NCBI GenBank assembly: GCA_046290225.1
Contig: JBKAGE010000056.1
Coordinates: 1-63,748 of the forward strand
Direction: 5' to 3'
Origin: Bradymonadia bacterium
GTDB lineage: Bacteria; Myxococcota_A; Bradymonadia; UBA7976; UBA1532
DNA length: 63,748 nucleotides
Shown here one piece after another: positions 21,199-33,081 of the stretch (positions are counted from its first letter, which is position 1; each line of letters starts with the position of its first letter). A model generated the notes under the pieces. That model was given only the letters and a program-made list of their open reading frames with translations, had not been told where the DNA came from and ran no database searches. Both the position numbers and the translations under genes were made by a program.

Positions 21199-22506
21199 TT
21201 ACGCAGGCGGGGCGCAGCGGTGAGGGCAGGTGTCGCAGCGGGTCAGGTCGATCGCCGTAAAGCCCTGCTCGTCGAGCATGCGCCGCCAGTATTTGGCGAG
21301 GGTGTGCTTGATGAGTGGGAACTCGGTCCCCTCGGACTCTGCCGCGGCAATGGAGAGCTCTTCCAGGGTGCGCTTGCCGTCGATGCCTGCCACCATCGCC
21401 TGGGCCACCTTGTGATAGACCTGCGGATATCGTGGATCGCGGGTGAGGGTCACACGATCTTGCTCCAGAGCGCGGCACTGGATGCCGGCCCATTGAGGTC
21501 GGGGCTCCACCCTCAGCTGGTTCACCGGCCAGTGCCCCGCCTCGAGGGGCAGTGGCACCCGGCGCCAGAACAGCGCCTCGTCATCGTCACAGGGGCGCTG
21601 AATGGGCTCGGGGTGGCCCACCAGAGCCCAGAGCAAAGGGCTCGTGAGCAAATCTGCGATCTCCATTTGCTCGATCATGGGCAAGGCCAGGAAGGCCTCG
21701 TGCTGATCGGGCGGGATCAAAGACAGTGGCTTCCAAGCAGAGGGGTTCACGGGGCCGAGAAGCTCGAGGTTGTGTGCGTCGAGCAGCTCGACGAACTCGG
21801 GGATCGAGTAGCTGACTTCTCGGGGGTTGAGCAGGGTGTCGGCGAATTGTGCCGGGTGCACCGCGTGATCTCTGAGGCCGCTCTGAAACACGTGCTGGAG
21901 CCGGTTGGGTTGCCCGGCGCCGATCTGACACAGCGACAGCGCCGCAGAGGTTAGACGAGGCGTCGACTCCACGGGCAGGCCAGCTTCACCGGTGAGCAGC
22001 TCTACGACCCGTCGGGCTTCTTGGAGCGGGCGGCGGTTGGTGTGGGTGTACATCATCAGCGCCATCACCCCGTGAGGCGCCAGGTGACTGCGCAGTGTGG
22101 CGAGGCCTGCCCCAGGATCAGGCAGGTGATGCAGCACCCCGAAGCTGCTGATCATGTCATATTGCCCCGACATGCCCACACCAGAGGCGAGATCACCTTG
22201 AGTGAAGGTGATGCGATCGGCGATCCCCAGCTGCTCGGCGAGGTGGCGGGCGATGGCGATGGAGTCGGCGCTGAGATCGACTGCATCTACCTGGGCGTTG
22301 GGGGCACAGAGCGCCCACATCACAGCTTCTCGAGTACCACACCCGGCGACGAGCAGGCGAAAGGATGCCCCCGAGCGGATCGGGGCATGATGTCGGCCGC
22401 ATCGGCGCCCTTGATAGAACAAGCGATCGATGAGCGTGAGATCGAACTCCACCCGATCGACCTGAGGATACGGATGACGATGGTAGAACTGCTCGATGGC
22501 GTCCAT
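21199..22506 (-). CDS. Class I SAM-dependent methyltransferase
   Basis: FYHRHPYP, LLVAGCGT, AVDLS, FGVLHHLPDP, FADTLLNPRE. Confidence 0.85.
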   Translation of the reverse strand: MDAIEQFYHRHPYPQVDRVEFDLTLIDRLFYQGRRCGRHHAPIRSGASFRLLVAGCGTREAVMWALCAPNAQVDAVDLSADSIAIARHLAEQLGIADRITFTQGDLASGVGMSGQYDMISSFGVLHHLPDPGAGLATLRSHLAPHGVMALMMYTHTNRRPLQEARRVVELLTGEAGLPVESTPRLTSAALSLCQIGAGQPNRLQHVFQSGLRDHAVHPAQFADTLLNPREVSYSIPEFVELLDAHNLELLGPVNPSAWKPLSLIPPDQHEAFLALPMIEQMEIADLLTSPLLWALVGHPEPIQRPCDDDEALFWRRVPLPLEAGHWPVNQLRVEPRPQWAGIQCRALEQDRVTLTRDPRYPQVYHKVAQAMVAGIDGKRTLEELSIAAAESEGTEFPLIKHTLAKYWRRMLDEQGFTAIDLTRCDTCPHRCAPPA

Positions 22507-22669
22507 GAGGCCTCCTGGGCATGGTCTCCTGTCATCGTCAGTCAAGAGAATGAAACTTTAGAGCCTTTGTAGGTTGTAGCACCACAATGTCGGTCGAGGT
22601 CGTTGCACATCGCAGCATGTTGATTTAGGCTCAGACATCTAGATTTCTCTACTCATGAGATGACTGGCG

Positions 22670-23422
22670 ATGGATTTCGAGCGTACGAGCGCCGAGCCCG
22701 AATCGAGCGATGCCCCACCTAAAAAGATCGCTCTGGGCGTGCTGCGTCTACAGGGGCGCCGTGTCAAGGCACCGGCTCAGGATGCCCGTGAGCAAGGCGG
22801 TGCGCACACCGAGCAACAGGGCCCCGAGATCTCCAAGAGTGAGTCTGCCCGGCTCGATCAGCTGCTCGAGGCCCTCGACTCATCGCTGAGCAAGCTCGAG
22901 TCGTCTCTCTTCGACGAAGAGAACGACACGGAGCCCATGGCACCTCTGCCGCCCGCCGATGCCCCACACCCCGTGGCGTTCATCGATCCTGAAGTGCTCT
23001 CCATCATCGAAGAGTCACCGACGTGTGCGTTGCCCGACTTCGAAGAGCGGGTGCGCACGATGATCCGCTTTCAGGAGTCTGGCGATACTGCTGGGGCCCT
23101 CGATACGGCCACCGAGATCTTCGTGCGTCTCGATGGTGAAGGCACGGGCTACTTCACCGAGCGATTTGGCCGCGTGCTCGGTTTCGCGTGCCGTCGTCGT
23201 CTTGGTGATCTCAGCGCATGCCCATCGCTCACGATGGCCGACAACATCGTGTTACGGTTGCCCCTCGATCGCCGTACCGGTTTTCTGCTCAGCCTCGTCG
23301 ATGGTCAGACCAGCTTCAAAGATCTGATCCTGCTCTCGGGCATGCACGAATCCGAAGCGTTGTGCCTGCTCACCCGGCTCGCTTCGTGGTCCGTGATCTC
23401 CACAGGGCGTCAGGGGTGGTAG
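22670..23422 (+). CDS. Hypothetical protein with a C-terminal winged-helix-like myxobacterial motif
   Basis: LPLDRRTGFLLSLVDGQTSFKDLILLSGM; low-complexity N-terminus. Confidence 0.65.
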   Translation: MDFERTSAEPESSDAPPKKIALGVLRLQGRRVKAPAQDAREQGGAHTEQQGPEISKSESARLDQLLEALDSSLSKLESSLFDEENDTEPMAPLPPADAPHPVAFIDPEVLSIIEESPTCALPDFEERVRTMIRFQESGDTAGALDTATEIFVRLDGEGTGYFTERFGRVLGFACRRRLGDLSACPSLTMADNIVLRLPLDRRTGFLLSLVDGQTSFKDLILLSGMHESEALCLLTRLASWSVISTGRQGW

Positions 23423-23457
23423 TCTCCTGGTCGTGATGTCACCGACCGGAGTCGCCC

Positions 23458-24456
23458 ATGAAAGCCCTCGTCCTCCACGGACAAGACGAAACCCCCGTCG
23501 TCGAAGAGATCGATACCCCCCAGCCTGGCCCCGGTGAGGTGCAGATCCGCATCGAAGCGGCGGCGCTCAATCATCGCGATGTCTACATCACCGAGGGAAA
23601 GTACCCCGCCATCATGCACCCTGCAGTGCTCGGCAGTGATGGGTGTGGCACGGTGACGGCCGTTGGCGAAGGGGTGGATTCTGGCTGGATTGATGCCCGT
23701 GTGCTGGGCAATCCGAGCTTGAACTGGGGGCCTGATCCCCGCTTCCAAGGCATGGAGTACAGCATCCTGGGCATGCCCACTCAGGGCACCCTCGCTGAAT
23801 ACATCACCTTGCCTGTAGAGAACGTCGCGCGCTGCCCGAGTCATCTCGAGAGCGCTCAGGCCGCGGCGATCCCCCTGGCGGGGCTCACCGCCTGGCGTGC
23901 GCTGGTGACCCGTGCTCAGGTGGCTCGGGGTGATACGGTGCTGGTCACTGGCATCGGCGGTGGGGTGGCGCTCTTCGCGTTGCAGTTCGCCCTGGCGCTG
24001 GGCGCAGAGGTCTGGGTGACCAGCAGCAGCGCTCAAAAGATCGAGCGGGCGGTGGCCCTCGGCGCTCGGGGGGGAGCCCTCTACACCGACGAAGGTTGGG
24101 GCGGCCAGCTCACAGAGATGGTGCCTAGCGGCTTCGACGTGATCATCGACAGCGCCGGGGGTGAGGGCTTTGGCACTCTGGTGAGGCTGCTGGGCTTCGG
24201 TGGGCGGCTGGCGTTCTATGGGGGGACCCGAGGCAAGTGGCCGAAGATCCTGCCCCAATATCTCTTCTTCAAGCAGGTCTCGATTCTGGCGAGCACCATG
24301 GGATCTCCTGCTGATTTCGAGGCCATGGTGACATGCATTGCCGAGCACCAGATCGAGCCCGTGGTCGATCAATGCTTCACCCTCGACGAGGGGGCAAAGG
24401 CCTTCGAGCGGCTGTCTTCAGGTGGCCAATTCGGCAAGGTGGTGGTGCAGGTCTGA
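23458..24456 (+). CDS. MDR-family oxidoreductase (zinc-binding dehydrogenase / quinone reductase-like)
   Basis: AAALNHRD, LGSDGCG, LTAWRAL, VLVTGIGGGVA, STMGS, QFGKVV. Confidence 0.92.
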   Translation: MKALVLHGQDETPVVEEIDTPQPGPGEVQIRIEAAALNHRDVYITEGKYPAIMHPAVLGSDGCGTVTAVGEGVDSGWIDARVLGNPSLNWGPDPRFQGMEYSILGMPTQGTLAEYITLPVENVARCPSHLESAQAAAIPLAGLTAWRALVTRAQVARGDTVLVTGIGGGVALFALQFALALGAEVWVTSSSAQKIERAVALGARGGALYTDEGWGGQLTEMVPSGFDVIIDSAGGEGFGTLVRLLGFGGRLAFYGGTRGKWPKILPQYLFFKQVSILASTMGSPADFEAMVTCIAEHQIEPVVDQCFTLDEGAKAFERLSSGGQFGKVVVQV

Positions 24457-24462
24457 CGCGGC

Positions 24463-25269
24463 TCAGCGCGCGCTCATGGCCAGCCAGTCTTTGCCCAGGT
24501 CGACATGAGGCCCCCAAGGCTCGTCGAGGGTGCGGACATAGCCCCGATCGCCGTCGACGAGGGGCCGCAAGATCGTGTGATGGGCGTCGGTGCGGGTGAT
24601 GATCAACTGGTCACCTTGCCACTGCACCCTGGCGGGCCACTGCAGTTGGCGATCATCAGCGGTGCCGAGGCCATAGGCATCGGGGTTGCCCCATCGGTAG
24701 AGCAAATCACCTGCTGGGCCTCGCGCCTGCTCGGTGCTGAGGCTGTGGTCGATGATCCAGACCTCCCCCATTCGGCCTGCGCTGATGGCGATCTCATCTC
24801 GCTCAGGGTTGTAGGCCACTGAGGTGATGCCGAGCCAGTCCCGGTGATGGGCGCTGCCGTAGTTCAGGTCGAGCTTGCCCGGATGATCGGTGATCGACGG
24901 GCTGTAGTTGGGTGCGTCGGCGTCGCGCTCCTGAACGATGTGATCCCAGGCGCTCCACGACCACACCACCTGTGATGTCTCAGGGTCGAGCTCCTGCAGC
25001 TCGTCGACCCAAATGCCTTCTTGGGGGATCAACTCGATGTCTCGACCTGCTGCCCGCAACGCCTCAGGGGTCTTGAGGACCTGCATGGAGATGAGCACAT
25101 GGCCGTTGGGCAACTGGTCGAGCCCCCATTGTGGGGTATCTGGTGGTGATTCAGCGCTGAGGTGTTGAGTGATTGACTTCGATCGGGTGTCGGCGTCGCT
25201 GCACCCGTTGAGGGCGAGGAGGGGCAGGGTGCACAGGGCGGCGGTGAGCAGGGGATGGTTGATGATCAT
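24463..25269 (-). CDS. Short aryl-sulfate sulfotransferase-like lipoprotein, apparently lacking catalytic His residues
   Basis: Lipobox LNGC; LPNGHVL, VVWSWSAWDH, WIIDHS, GDLLYRWGNP; GGAGG RBS. Confidence 0.7.
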   Translation of the reverse strand: MIINHPLLTAALCTLPLLALNGCSDADTRSKSITQHLSAESPPDTPQWGLDQLPNGHVLISMQVLKTPEALRAAGRDIELIPQEGIWVDELQELDPETSQVVWSWSAWDHIVQERDADAPNYSPSITDHPGKLDLNYGSAHHRDWLGITSVAYNPERDEIAISAGRMGEVWIIDHSLSTEQARGPAGDLLYRWGNPDAYGLGTADDRQLQWPARVQWQGDQLIITRTDAHHTILRPLVDGDRGYVRTLDEPWGPHVDLGKDWLAMSAR

Positions 25270-25417
25270 GGCGATCCTCCGAAGTTGAGATTCGCGCCAT
25301 GACACAGCGAGAAGCGGGCCAGCTGGGCAGGAGATTGTATTTTCAGGGGTTTAGAGAGGCAGGTCGGGGCAGAGGATGCAGGTTGTGCAGGGGGGCTGCT
25401 GATTCTGCAGGCGGGGG

Positions 25418-25966
25418 TTACGCGAAGGCTGCGGCCTTGTCTGCGCAGAGCGAGGCGGCCTCTTCCAGGGCTTCGACAGCGTCAGGGAAGACCGAGAGTG
25501 CCTCGGGCAGGTGGCCGTCACCGGCTGCAGACCAGGTGCGGTTGAGCATGCGCTCGCCGTAGGCCACAGTGACGAGGACCTCGGCCCCCTTGGCCATGCC
25601 GAGCTGATCGATCACCCCCTGTCGGACCTCGGCGAGAGGCAGGAGGTAGCCTGAGAGCAGCTCGTCCACGCGAACGCAGACCTGCTCTGGAGTCAGCTCG
25701 CTGATGTCTTCTGCGAGCTTGCGGGCGGGCGCGAGCACCCCTTGGATGTACTCGAAGGGGCTCTTGCGATCGCCGCGCTCGGCGTTCGAGGCTTTGCGCT
25801 GCTCGGCCTTTTGCTTGCGCCACAAGAAGCAGCCCACCGCTGCGAGGACTGAGGCGCCAAGGAACACGGGCCAGGTGTCGGGGTACTCGGCCCCCTCGGC
25901 AGGGAGCTTGGCCCCCGCTGAGATGGCCACGATGATGCCGACGGTAAAGAGAAGGGGCGCGAGCAT
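25418..25966 (-). CDS. Hypothetical membrane protein with two N-terminal TM segments
   Basis: Start overlaps the OPT stop; conserved-looking AYGERMLNRTWSAAGDGH motif. Confidence 0.7.
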   Translation of the reverse strand: MLAPLLFTVGIIVAISAGAKLPAEGAEYPDTWPVFLGASVLAAVGCFLWRKQKAEQRKASNAERGDRKSPFEYIQGVLAPARKLAEDISELTPEQVCVRVDELLSGYLLPLAEVRQGVIDQLGMAKGAEVLVTVAYGERMLNRTWSAAGDGHLPEALSVFPDAVEALEEAASLCADKAAAFA

Positions 25967-27789
25967 CAGTGACCCCCTGACTTGCTGAAGATCTCGAAGG
26001 CGGTGTGGCCGATGCCCATGAGGGCTTCGCCGACGATGAGGCCTGCGGCGAGGGGCACCAGCTTGTGCTCCACCCACGCGGTGCCGAACTTGCGCTGCAG
26101 AGCCATGTTGCTCACACAGCCGATGCCGTAGCCGAGGGTGATGGAGAACGGCAGGTACATGGCGAGGCCGATGAGCACCCCGAGGCCGCCCATGGGGGCT
26201 GCGCCGAGCAGAGCACCGACGACGCCACCCATGGCGTACTTGTCGATGGGCACATTGCCGTCCTTCACGGCCTCGATGATGCCCATGAGGGCGCCCGCCT
26301 GAGGCGCCGGCAGCTCGGAGCCGGGGCCGAAGCCGCCGTAGTCCTGACCGTTGGGGCCGTTGGTCCAGAGCAGGTACACCGCTCCGAGGGCGAGGATGGC
26401 CCCGAGCCAGGTCACGGCGAACTGCGCGAGCTGCTGCTTCACCGGGCGGCCGCCGAGCATGAAGCCGGTCTTGAGATCCTGCATCATGTCGGCGCCCTGG
26501 CCGATGGCCACACAGACGGCGACGCCCACCACCATGGCGGCGGCGATGTTGCCACCGAGCAGGGCCATCATGAGGGTGACCGAGATCAGCGCCATGCCCG
26601 ACATGGGCGAGATGTCGGTCATGCCCGTGGCCTGGGCCACGATGAGGCCGGCGAGGGCCAGCCACAAGGTGCCGACGATGGAGCTGACGATGGCCTGACC
26701 CACGGTGACCCCGGGGGTGATGAGCGAGGCCACGAAGAAGAGCACCACGGCGGCGATGATGCCGGCGACGAGTACCCACAGCGGCATTTCATCACTGCCC
26801 ACCTTGCTGCCACCGGCGCCAGCGGTCTTCGCCGCTGTGGCCAGGCTGCGGATGGCGCTGCGGATCGCCGGGAAGGCCACCACCACCCCCATGAGGGCGC
26901 CGCCGATGAGGGTGCCGATGCCCAGAGGCCGCAGCATCGAGCCATAGAGCGTGCCCGAGACCCCGGGCTCCGAGGCCACCCAGCCCATGCTCACCGCCGC
27001 CGGTGAGATCACCCACCAGGCGAGAGCACCACCGGCGAAGAAGGGCAGGCCGCCGCGGCCCGCGAGCAAGCCCGCGGCGACGTTCATCAGCGACAGATAG
27101 AGGACTGGCGACAGGTACTCGGGGATCACCCCGAAGCCGAAGTTCATCTCTTCGTGGCCGATGGAGAAGATGACCTCACCGGCGGCGTTGGTCACCTCGG
27201 TGTCGAGCCAGCCCTCGGCCATGACCAGCTTCCACAGGGCGCTGATCACGAAGCCGATGGCGAGCAGCTTGGCCTTGTCGAGGCCCGAAGAGCCCGAGCG
27301 GATGATGGTGGTCACCGCCATGCCCGAGGGGAACCGCAGGCGGTCGAGGTCGATCATCTGCTTGCGCAGGGGGATGATGAGCACCACCCCCAGGATCGCC
27401 CCGGCGATGCCAGCGATGACCAGAGGCCAGGGGCTAAACTCGAGACCTGGCAGGCCGTCGGCCTTCCACTTGGCGTCGAGCATGAACAGAGCCGGCACCG
27501 TGAACACCACCCCAGTGCCTGCGGTGTTGATGCCCGAGGCGATGGTCTGGTTGATGTTGTTCTCGATCATGGTGCCCTTGCGCATGACACCGCGCAGCAG
27601 GGCGTAGCCCATGATCGAGGCCACCGTCGATCCACCGATGCTGAAGCCGAGCTTCAAGGCGGCGTAGACGAAGGCCAGGTTGAGCACGATGCCCTGTATG
27701 ACCCCGAGGATGAAGGCCGCCGGGGTGAGCTCCCGGTACTGCTCCACCATGCCCTGGGCCACTTGCCCCGGGCGGACTTTATCGTTCAT
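25966..27789 (-). CDS. OPT/YSL family oligopeptide or metal-chelate transporter
   Basis: ELT...YAALKLG, ENNINQTIAS, IPLRKQMI, LRFPSG, MQDLKTGFMLG, LPAPQA, GLIVGEAL. Confidence 0.93.
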   Translation of the reverse strand: MNDKVRPGQVAQGMVEQYRELTPAAFILGVIQGIVLNLAFVYAALKLGFSIGGSTVASIMGYALLRGVMRKGTMIENNINQTIASGINTAGTGVVFTVPALFMLDAKWKADGLPGLEFSPWPLVIAGIAGAILGVVLIIPLRKQMIDLDRLRFPSGMAVTTIIRSGSSGLDKAKLLAIGFVISALWKLVMAEGWLDTEVTNAAGEVIFSIGHEEMNFGFGVIPEYLSPVLYLSLMNVAAGLLAGRGGLPFFAGGALAWWVISPAAVSMGWVASEPGVSGTLYGSMLRPLGIGTLIGGALMGVVVAFPAIRSAIRSLATAAKTAGAGGSKVGSDEMPLWVLVAGIIAAVVLFFVASLITPGVTVGQAIVSSIVGTLWLALAGLIVAQATGMTDISPMSGMALISVTLMMALLGGNIAAAMVVGVAVCVAIGQGADMMQDLKTGFMLGGRPVKQQLAQFAVTWLGAILALGAVYLLWTNGPNGQDYGGFGPGSELPAPQAGALMGIIEAVKDGNVPIDKYAMGGVVGALLGAAPMGGLGVLIGLAMYLPFSITLGYGIGCVSNMALQRKFGTAWVEHKLVPLAAGLIVGEALMGIGHTAFEIFSKSGGH

Positions 27790-27904
27790 CGAGGGTGACC
27801 CCCATTGCGACTCCTTGTGTCAGCGCGTTGGAATCGCATAGCAGCGAGTGGCTACGGGGTGCAAGAGGCAGAGGAGAGGAGAGGACACATGGAATGCCGG
27901 GTGG

Positions 27905-28732
27905 TCAGACCACCTCGAGGGGATCGCGATCAGCCGTGGCGATGATCACCTCGAGGCCCGGCAGGAGCCTGGCGAGCTTCTGAGCCATCACCGGCAGGTA
28001 GCCGCGCTCGGTGTTGGTGTGATCAGTGACGATGACCGAAGTGCCCCGCCCCACCCGAGAGAGAATGTCGTGGTGACGCATCTCCCCCGTGACCAGCAAG
28101 TCGACGTGGCCGCGCAGCTCGCCGAAGAGGCTGCCGCCGGCGCCGGGGCACACTGCTGCCGTGGTGATGGGGGCGCCTGCAGCGTGGGCCGGGGCCATGG
28201 CCACCCGCACATGGGCGAGGCCGAGGTGGGCCTTCAGCGACGGGATGAGATCGGTGAGGGCCGTGGGGGTGCTCAACTTCACCCGGCGGCCAGCACCCAC
28301 AGGTTGCCCCTCGTGCACAGGCAGTGGCGCCTTCGAGGGGGTGATCGGGTCGATCGTCGCGGCCTCGCCCAGACCCTCGGCGAGCCAGTCCGCCACGCCT
28401 CCAGGTACCGCGTCGAGGGCCGTATGAGGGCTGTAGACGGGGATGCCGCGTTGAATGAGCTGCATCAGGCGGCGTGGGCCGGGCTGACTCGCCTTGAGGC
28501 GCTTGAGGCCGCCAAAAATCGGCGGGTGATACGCCACGACCAGATCGACATTCGCGTCGAGGAGCTCGGTGTGGGGTCCGTCGGTGAGATCGATGGTGAA
28601 GCCCACGCGCCCGATGGTGCGCTCTTCGGCAGGTGGATCGACGAGCAGGCCCACATTGTCCCAGCTCTCGGCGTAGACGAGGGGAGCCAGGGTATCGAGG
28701 GCGGTGAGGACTTCACGTTGGGTATGAGCCAT
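27905..28732 (-). CDS. Nif3-like dinuclear metal center protein
   Basis: AESWDNVGLLV, YHPPIF, SPHTALD, AVCPGAG, TGEMRHH, HTNTE. Confidence 0.93.
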   Translation of the reverse strand: MAHTQREVLTALDTLAPLVYAESWDNVGLLVDPPAEERTIGRVGFTIDLTDGPHTELLDANVDLVVAYHPPIFGGLKRLKASQPGPRRLMQLIQRGIPVYSPHTALDAVPGGVADWLAEGLGEAATIDPITPSKAPLPVHEGQPVGAGRRVKLSTPTALTDLIPSLKAHLGLAHVRVAMAPAHAAGAPITTAAVCPGAGGSLFGELRGHVDLLVTGEMRHHDILSRVGRGTSVIVTDHTNTERGYLPVMAQKLARLLPGLEVIIATADRDPLEVV

Positions 28733-28742
28733 AGAGCAGCGC

Positions 28743-30341
28743 CTAGTCTTCTGGGAGGTGAGGGGCCCCGAGTCGGGCCAGAAGTCGGTTGATTTGAGCC
28801 CACGCCGGGCTGTGGGCCCGAGCGTCGCTCGGGAGGGCCGCGAGCAAGGGCATCAGCAAGTCCCGCAATGCCTGATCTTCCGCCGACAGCGCGCCGTGGA
28901 ATCTGGGCGCCAGCAGGTGGCTGTGGGCCGTGGTGTGGTGGCTGAGGCAGTCGAGGAACAGCTCGAAGCGTCGCGCTGACTCAGCGATGCCCACAGGCTC
29001 ACCCGCCGACATGTCGAGCCAGTCCATCTCCCCCTGCCACAACGCCTCGAGCAGCGGATCACGGGAGAGCATCACCGCGGTTCCGAGGTGGACTGAGGGG
29101 CCCTCTTGTCGCTGGCCCTCTCCAGGGAGCTGGCCCCGGGCCGCTTGTCGCACCGCGTCGACGATCCGTAGGAAGTTGTCGTCTTCGAGAGAGAACCCCA
29201 GAAACAACATGTGCCGGGTCATGAGCATCGACTGCACGATGCCCGCCAGGGCGGCGTTCCGCGCCCCATAGCGCATGTAGTTCTCGCGGGTGAGCACGAT
29301 GTCCTCGGGGTGGTTGAGGCAACCGTGCATTTTCAAGAGCCATCGTGGGTGCCGAGCGGCCGGGGCGTAGGGCAGCACCGCCAGAGGTCGCCCCGCGTCG
29401 GTGCAGGCCTGCTCGTACAGCGTGTCGTAGTTGGTGGTGATGGCAGAGTCCACCGGCAGCCCCGCCAGGAGCGTGTGGGCCAGTGAGGCCCACTTGTAAG
29501 GCTGCAACAAACGCTGCACCGCGGCGCCTACGTCATCGAGGTGGGTGGCCAGCAACTGCCCACGATCCATGGCGTTCACTCGATCGTGGAGCAGCAAGGC
29601 CCGGGCTTCGTCTGAGAGCCCTGCCTCAGTGGCCAGATCATCGAGCAGCGCAAACCAAGTGGGCAGGTTGGCCCCTGCGCTCAGCCCGGCGCCGAAGAAG
29701 ATCACAAGCTCACCCGCCGCAGCGAGGGTGGCCAGGCGTTGAGCCTCGGTGGCGGCGGCATCCGGCAAATCGGCCCAGGTGGGGGTCCGGCAGGCTCGGG
29801 CTGCGGCAAAGTCCGCGGCGCTGAAGGTCACCAGGGCGAGATCCACCGAGCGCTGGGCGGCCTGATCAGTGAGCCAGGGCACCATGGCCCTGATCATGGC
29901 GCCGGCGTCGTGATGCTGACCACCAAAGCCCGTGCCCACCACCGGGAGCGCCACGAGAGGTCGCGCTCGGCGGCGCAGATAGCGCGGCCCCTGGGCGAGG
30001 ACTGGCTCGAGGGCGTCGAGGGCCTGGCCCACGGCGTCGAGGTACCAGTCCACAGGCTTTCGGCGGTGGCCACCGACATCCACCATCCAGACCTGAGGTC
30101 GATCGAGAGGCAGCCCCGGAAGGGGCAGGGCGCGTTGACCGTCTCTCAGTGGAAACCCCAGAGCGCCCTGAAGCGGTGCCATGAACCAACAGCGGCCGCG
30201 CTCCAGGGCCTGGCACAGATCGGGATCATGATCCACCCACCAGCCCCGGGTGACGTGCCGCCGGCGATCACCGGGCACGAGCCAGGCGTCACAGGCCAGA
30301 CGGGTGACATCACCTCGGGTGATGAACAGGTGCCCGTGCAT
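28743..30341 (-). CDS. Macro-like domain fused to a SIR2_2-type domain
   Basis: N-terminal FITRGDVTRLACDAWLVP and ALPVVGTGFGG; C-terminal FFGAGLS, LPTW, ITTNYD, KMHG, LFLGFSLEDDNF. Confidence 0.8.
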   Translation of the reverse strand: MHGHLFITRGDVTRLACDAWLVPGDRRRHVTRGWWVDHDPDLCQALERGRCWFMAPLQGALGFPLRDGQRALPLPGLPLDRPQVWMVDVGGHRRKPVDWYLDAVGQALDALEPVLAQGPRYLRRRARPLVALPVVGTGFGGQHHDAGAMIRAMVPWLTDQAAQRSVDLALVTFSAADFAAARACRTPTWADLPDAAATEAQRLATLAAAGELVIFFGAGLSAGANLPTWFALLDDLATEAGLSDEARALLLHDRVNAMDRGQLLATHLDDVGAAVQRLLQPYKWASLAHTLLAGLPVDSAITTNYDTLYEQACTDAGRPLAVLPYAPAARHPRWLLKMHGCLNHPEDIVLTRENYMRYGARNAALAGIVQSMLMTRHMLFLGFSLEDDNFLRIVDAVRQAARGQLPGEGQRQEGPSVHLGTAVMLSRDPLLEALWQGEMDWLDMSAGEPVGIAESARRFELFLDCLSHHTTAHSHLLAPRFHGALSAEDQALRDLLMPLLAALPSDARAHSPAWAQINRLLARLGAPHLPED

Positions 30342-30347
30342 GTGGGA

Positions 30348-31181
30348 TCAGGGCCAGTGGATCGGCAGATCGAACTCACCGGTCTGTCGACGATCCACCC
30401 CGAGGCGAATGAGCTCGGCGATGACCGACTTCACCTGCGCAACGTTGGCTTCGATCTCGTGATCCGGGGCACCGTCGTCACCGTCGAAGACGAGAGGTTT
30501 GCCGATGTAGATCTGCACCGGCACCTTCCTGGGGATGGGCAAGAGGTAGGGCGTGAAGGGCACGTACGGCGCCCCCACGAGCTTGCCGAGGCGTTTCGAG
30601 TTGAACACCGTGGGGATCGCCTCGCCAACACCGTTGAAGGCCACGGGCACGATGGGGGTGCCAGTGGCCATGGCGAGGCGCATGAAGCCCGTGCCGAACT
30701 GTACGAGATCATAGCGTTGCGGATAGAGCTTCGCTGTGCCGCGGGCCCCTTCGGGAAACACCACCAGCAAACGATCGTCTTCGAGCAGGCGCCGGGCGTG
30801 CTCTGGCAGACCTGTGAGCTGCCCCACCCTGCTGGTGATCGCCGAGGAGAAGGGCACTCGATTGAGGAACTTCTCCGCCATGCCCTGGGCCAGCCGGGGT
30901 GGGTGATGATCGAGCAGCATCGAGGTGATGAGCAGCGCACCGTCGAGGGCTACGCCGCCGGAGTGGTGCCCCACCAGCATCGCTCTGCCACGGGCCGGGA
31001 CGTGCTCTGAACCGAAGACCCGCACCGAGAAGTAGTTGCGGTACAGCCAGGCCATGGGGGTGGCCCAGAGAGCGAGGTGTCGTTTTGATGCCCCATACGG
31101 GTCGACACCAAGAGGGCTGAAGGGGATCTCCAGCGCCTCGACCTTCTCGACGACTTCTTCGTGTGTGGGCCACTTCGCCAT
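30348..31181 (-). CDS. Lysophospholipid acyltransferase family protein
   Basis: HHSGGVALDG (Hx4D-like), VFPEG, GFMRLA, PIVPV. Confidence 0.9.
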   Translation of the reverse strand: MAKWPTHEEVVEKVEALEIPFSPLGVDPYGASKRHLALWATPMAWLYRNYFSVRVFGSEHVPARGRAMLVGHHSGGVALDGALLITSMLLDHHPPRLAQGMAEKFLNRVPFSSAITSRVGQLTGLPEHARRLLEDDRLLVVFPEGARGTAKLYPQRYDLVQFGTGFMRLAMATGTPIVPVAFNGVGEAIPTVFNSKRLGKLVGAPYVPFTPYLLPIPRKVPVQIYIGKPLVFDGDDGAPDHEIEANVAQVKSVIAELIRLGVDRRQTGEFDLPIHWP

Positions 31182-31285
31182 GACAGAAGCTGTATCTCGC
31201 CAGGGCCCAGAAGGGAAGAGGACAGAGCCGAACGGCGTAGAAGAGGGGATCCGAAAAATGCGCTGTTGGGTGAGGGCCCCTCAGA

Positions 31286-33025
<1,740 letters not shown>

Positions 33026-33081
33026 GAGCGGCCCCCGAAGCATCCGACCTTGAGAGACGAGCGCACATGAAAGGCAGAGGC

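Noticed and set aside
25967..26779. N-terminal extension of the 453-aa ORF as a frameshifted fusion with the OPT gene
   Set aside because: The extension is an alternative frame inside the intact OPT gene; the real gene starts at the overlapping ATG at 25966.
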